Below are positions 60,406 to 64,000 of a DNA stretch of 64,000 nt, piece after piece (within the stretch, counting starts at the first letter, position 1; every line of letters starts with the position of its first letter). This DNA comes from an uncultured Clostridia bacterium (GTDB taxonomy: Bacteria > Bacillota > Clostridia > TANB77 > CAG-508), in NCBI GenBank assembly GCA_934130935.1, contig CAKOYQ010000001.1, positions 95,979-159,978 of the forward strand. Direction: 5' to 3'. The translations under genes and the position numbers were made by a program. The notes under the pieces were generated by a model, which ran no database searches, was not told the origin of the DNA, and saw only the letters and a program-made list of their open reading frames with translations.

Positions 60406-60687
60406 GGGCAAATTGGGGTCGGTTCTTTTTTTGCCCTCTTAATAATTTATTAGAATTACCAATATAAATATAAATTTTAAATGAAATGACGAATGTAATT
60501 GGAGAAACTTTAGAAATTGTATGAAATTTCATGGAAATAGTTCATGAGAATGAAAGGGTGCCATAAAATAAATTACAATTTCTTAAGTTTCGTAATGCGC
60601 CGAGGAGTGTAATGAAAAATTTATATTTATATTAGTAATTAGTATTAAAAATTAAAGGGCAAAAAAAGAACCGACCCCAATTTGCCC
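60406..60687. mobile_element. composite palindromic element: perfect 31-bp inverted GGGCAA-hairpin arms flanking core repeat copy D
   Basis: The arm at 60406-60436 is the reverse complement of the arm at 60657-60687. The core at 60464-60630 has aaaattt/aaatttt subterminal repeats. The element fills the ftsY-to-UPF0182 intergenic region. Confidence 0.65.
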
Positions 60688-60693
60688 TTTTTT

Positions 60694-61599
60694 CTAAATT
60701 ATAGCTTTAGCAAAATCTTTTGAGTTAAATATTTCCATATCATCTATCTGCTCTCCAACTCCGATAAACTTTACTGGTATTTTATTTTCCTCTACGATTC
60801 CAATAACAGCTCCGCCTTTAGCAGTTCCATCTAATTTTGTAAGAACAATTCCTGTAATATCCGCTTGTTCCTTAAATGCTTTTACTTGTGAAATTGCATT
60901 TTGGCCTGTTCCTGCATCTATAACAAGTAGAACTTCTTTTGAAGCTTCTGGCATTTCCTTATTTATAACTTTTTGAATTTTATTTAACTCGTCCATTAAA
61001 TATTTTTTATTATGCAATCTTCCAGCAGTATCACATATTAATATATCTGCTCCAATTTCTCTTGTTTTTGTAATTGCATCATATACTACAGAAGCAGGAT
61101 CTATTCCTTCTTCTCTTTTAACTATTTCTGCACCTGCTCTTTTTGCCCAAATTTCTAGCTGTTCTACAGCTGCTGCCCTAAATGTATCTGCAGCAGCAAC
61201 TACCACTTTTTTTCCATCTCTTGCTAGCCTCGCAGCCATCTTTCCTATTGATGTTGTTTTTCCAACGCCATTTACTCCTATTACTAATATTACAGATGGT
61301 TTTGTTTCAAGCTTTAATGAATTATCTGATATTTCTAATATATTTTCTATTTCTTCTCTTAAAGCTTCTTTTACTTGTTCTTCATCTTCTATTTTCTCTT
61401 TTTTTATTTTATCTCTTAAATTAGATATTATTTTTGTTGATGTTTCTATCCCTATATCTGACATTATTAATGCTTCTTCTAATTCTTCGAGAAAGTCTTC
61501 ATCAACCTTTCTAAAATTGCTAAACACATTATTTATTTTCTCATTTAATGACTCTTTTGTTTTATTTAATCCTTGTTTTAATTTATCAAAAAATCCCAT
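60694..61599 (-). CDS. ftsY: signal recognition particle receptor FtsY
   Basis: 301 aa with the NG domain (GVNGVGKTTSIGKMA, DTAGR, TKLDG). The acidic A-domain is short. Confidence 0.9.
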   Translation of the reverse strand: MGFFDKLKQGLNKTKESLNEKINNVFSNFRKVDEDFLEELEEALIMSDIGIETSTKIISNLRDKIKKEKIEDEEQVKEALREEIENILEISDNSLKLETKPSVILVIGVNGVGKTTSIGKMAARLARDGKKVVVAAADTFRAAAVEQLEIWAKRAGAEIVKREEGIDPASVVYDAITKTREIGADILICDTAGRLHNKKYLMDELNKIQKVINKEMPEASKEVLLVIDAGTGQNAISQVKAFKEQADITGIVLTKLDGTAKGGAVIGIVEENKIPVKFIGVGEQIDDMEIFNSKDFAKAII

Positions 61600-61717
61600 C
61601 CTAATCCTTCTTTCTTTTTCTTATGCTATTATTCTAGCATCTTTTATTAAAAAATGCAATATAATATATCTATATAAAAAAGTCCCCAATATTATAAGGA
61701 CTTTTTTATTTGCATTA

Positions 61718-63082
61718 TTATTTGCAGTTCTTTTCAATTAATTTTGCAATATCTCTTGCTTTCTCTTCTATAATCTTTTTGTCTTTACCTTCAATCATCA
61801 CTCTAACAAGAGGTTCAGTTCCAGAAGGCCTAATTAGAACTCTACCACTTCCCGCAAATTCCTTTTCTAAGTTTTCAATCGCTGTCTTAATTTCTGTATT
61901 TTTTTCATAATCATATTTTTTATTTGCATCAACTTTTGCATTAATTAAAACTTGTGGATATTTTTGTACCATTGCTCCTAACTCTGATGCTTTTTTCCCA
62001 CTTTCTAATATAGCCTGAATTAACATTAAAGATGTTAAAATTCCATCTCCTGTAGGATTATAATCAAGTAAAATTACATGACCTGATTGTTCTCCACCTA
62101 AATTATATCCATTTTTCAACATTTCTTCTAATACGTATCTATCCCCTACTTTTGTTTGAATGAGTTTCAAATTTTCCTTTTCAGCATATTTATTTAGCCC
62201 CAAATTACTCATGACTGTTGCAACAACTGTGTCTTTTGCAAGTTTGCCATGTTTTCTTAAGTAACCTGAAATAATAGCTAATAATTTATCGCCATCAATT
62301 TCTTCTCCATTTTCATCAATAGCTAAACATCTGTCTCCATCTCCATCATATGCAATTCCAAGACTCATCTTATTTTTTACAACATATTCTTTCAACATTT
62401 CTAAATGTGTTGAACCACACCCTGAATTTATGTTTACTCCATTAGGGGTATTATTTATAATCACATGATTTATTCCAAGTGTCTTAAAAACTTTATCTGC
62501 AACTTGATAAGTAGCTCCATTAGCAGTATCTAAAACAACTTTAAAGTCTGGCTTATTATATTTTGCAATATTGTCATCAAAGTTTTTTCTAAAGAAATAT
62601 ACATATTCATCTAGTAAATCTGTTCTAACCTCAGAAACTCCTATTTTTTCGCTTACAGCTGATAACTCATCAAATTTATCTGAATCCATTACTTTTTCTA
62701 TTTCTTCTTCTATTTGATCAGAAATTTTCATTCCTTTATTACAAAAATATTTTATTCCATTAAATTCAAAAGTATTGTGTGATGCAGATATTACCACACT
62801 TGCATCTGCTTGAAGTTTTCTCGTTAAATACGCTATTCCAGGTGTAGGTATTACACCTAATAATTTAACATTTGCACCATAACTCAAAAAACCTGCTACC
62901 ATAGCACTTTCTATTAATGTTCCAGAAATACGAGTGTCTCTTCCTATTAATATAGTTGGAGTTTTATCAGAATGCTTTGATAAAACATAAGCTCCTGCTT
63001 TTGCAACTCTATATACCAATTCTGGTGATAATTCCGTATTTGCAATTCTACGAATTCCGTCTGTTTCAAAATATTTCCTCAT
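61718..63082 (-). CDS. glmM: phosphoglucosamine mutase
   Basis: 454 aa with the active-site Ser loop SASHNTFEFNGIK and the metal loop DGDGDR. Confidence 0.92.
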   Translation of the reverse strand: MRKYFETDGIRRIANTELSPELVYRVAKAGAYVLSKHSDKTPTILIGRDTRISGTLIESAMVAGFLSYGANVKLLGVIPTPGIAYLTRKLQADASVVISASHNTFEFNGIKYFCNKGMKISDQIEEEIEKVMDSDKFDELSAVSEKIGVSEVRTDLLDEYVYFFRKNFDDNIAKYNKPDFKVVLDTANGATYQVADKVFKTLGINHVIINNTPNGVNINSGCGSTHLEMLKEYVVKNKMSLGIAYDGDGDRCLAIDENGEEIDGDKLLAIISGYLRKHGKLAKDTVVATVMSNLGLNKYAEKENLKLIQTKVGDRYVLEEMLKNGYNLGGEQSGHVILLDYNPTGDGILTSLMLIQAILESGKKASELGAMVQKYPQVLINAKVDANKKYDYEKNTEIKTAIENLEKEFAGSGRVLIRPSGTEPLVRVMIEGKDKKIIEEKARDIAKLIEKNCK

Positions 63083-63118
63083 TTTCTCTATAATCCTTTC
63101 TAAATATGTTATTTCTTT

Positions 63119-63823
63119 TTAATCTGTTAATTGATTTAACAAATTGTAATATTCAGTCATTCTGTTTAAATTCGTAAATTGTATTTTATCATCTTTTATT
63201 GTCCATGAATCTGAATTTTTTCTCAAAAACTCATTTATCTTATCTATCTTATTAATTTTTTCATACAATTTACTTTTTTTATCTTTAACCTTTTCATTTA
63301 ACAAAGTATATTTCTCTTTCATCATATCACTTAACATGATTGTATTGTATAAATCAGTGTAATATCCTTTTCTTGATGAAATATTCCTTTTTTCTATATT
63401 CTCTAAAATCTTTTCTTCTGTCATCAATTCTTCAAGTCTAGAAATACATTTTTGACTTTTATCTTTATATTCAGTTATTATATCATCTATTTCTTTTAAA
63501 TCTTTATCTTGCATATTTTGTATAGAAAATATACTATTTGGATTTATGCCTGTATTAAGTTCTTCCATCTCTACATATATATTCTTTATTTCTAAGATAT
63601 ATTCTTTGATTGCTTTTTCTACTGTTGCATAGTTCTTTTCTGTTTTTATATCAAAATCTATATTATCTTTTGATATATCTGATTGCAATATTTTATTTGA
63701 TTCTTCTGTTAACAATTTCATTTGTTTTTTACCAAAACTACTAAATAAATATGTTATCCCTACGATTCCAAGTATTAATATTAATACTATCACTATTGCT
63801 ATTATTAGTTTTTTGTTCTCCAT
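63119..63823 (-). CDS. hypothetical membrane-anchored coiled-coil protein (occupies the position of cdaR/ybbR upstream of glmM)
   Basis: 234 aa with an N-terminal TM (LIIAIVIVLILILGIVGITYLF) and a K/E-rich helical remainder. I see no YbbR repeats. Confidence 0.35.
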   Translation of the reverse strand: MENKKLIIAIVIVLILILGIVGITYLFSSFGKKQMKLLTEESNKILQSDISKDNIDFDIKTEKNYATVEKAIKEYILEIKNIYVEMEELNTGINPNSIFSIQNMQDKDLKEIDDIITEYKDKSQKCISRLEELMTEEKILENIEKRNISSRKGYYTDLYNTIMLSDMMKEKYTLLNEKVKDKKSKLYEKINKIDKINEFLRKNSDSWTIKDDKIQFTNLNRMTEYYNLLNQLTD

Positions 63824-63880
63824 TTTTCATTTTCCTTTCGTAATTTGGATTCAAGTCTATTTTTCGATTTTATATTTATG

Positions 63881-64000
63881 TTAAAACTTGATTCTTTCAT
63901 TAATCCATGTTTCAAGTTCATCTATTTTAACTCTAACTTGTTCCATTGTATCTCTATCTCTTATTGTTACTGTATCATCTTCTAAGGTATCAAAATCAAT
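63881..64000 (-). CDS. 3' end of a class II aminoacyl-tRNA synthetase (anticodon-binding domain; likely glycyl-tRNA synthetase), partial
   Basis: Translation reads ...[39 protein letters not shown]. The VT(I/V)RDRDTMEQ block is characteristic of the GlyRS/ThrRS-type C-terminal domain. The ORF runs off the window edge. Confidence 0.45.
   Translation of the reverse strand: MDFDTLEDDTVTIRDRDTMEQVRVKIDELETWINERIKF

Noticed and set aside
63119-63823. Considered calling the gene upstream of glmM as cdaR/ybbR.
   Set aside because: The position fits the cdaA-cdaR-glmM arrangement, but the 234-aa product shows no YbbR-like repeat pattern and is half the usual length, so I left it as hypothetical.

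Overview
By eye this is a very AT-rich chromosomal window from a low-GC Firmicute, most likely Clostridia. It is densely packed with housekeeping genes, almost all on the minus strand, and I see no CRISPR array or rRNA.

Genes I can support from the translations:
- Oxidative stress and membrane: a nitroreductase, a 1-Cys peroxiredoxin, a YhgE/Pip membrane protein with its TetR regulator, and a Ca2+ P-type ATPase.
- A tRNA-Glu with a bidirectional terminator after it. Next to it sits a two-gene accessory module: an acidic, LPKAG-anchored surface protein plus a membrane ATPase of the TraG/TraD/VirD4 coupling-protein type.
- Core genes: obg, trpS, the hrcA-grpE-dnaK-dnaJ heat-shock operon (with a slightly degenerate CIRCE operator), nrdD, and a divergent Crp-family regulator.
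- A D,D-carboxypeptidase, rpmB, an RNHCP zinc-ribbon protein, a TGS/uridine-kinase-like protein, RNase Y, a RelQ-type small alarmone synthetase, deoD, argS, cysS, a class A PBP, a GH18 hydrolase, lexA, greA and pgsA.
- A cell-division block: ctpA, two tandem coiled-coil M23 peptidases, ftsX and ftsE.
- An Alg14/Alg13-like split glycosyltransferase pair, xerD, spoIIM, an EndoQ-like PHP nuclease, ftsH, alr, a FemX-like aminoacyltransferase, a UPF0182 giant membrane protein, ftsY, glmM, and the 3' end of a class II tRNA synthetase.

The most unusual content is non-coding. There are three families of intergenic palindromic repeats:
- A 31-bp GGGCAA...TTGCCC hairpin unit with at least 12 copies, solo, in tandem pairs, or as inverted arms.
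- A conserved ~150-bp core (~160-180 bp with its terminal repeats) in four copies. Two copies are nested inside inverted hairpin arms, giving 282-bp and 380-bp near-perfect giant palindromes.
- A separate 290-bp element with 62-bp terminal inverted repeats.

Several six-frame ORFs are artefacts of these repeats. The lexA promoter also carries a perfect 10-bp inverted repeat that is not the canonical Firmicute SOS box.
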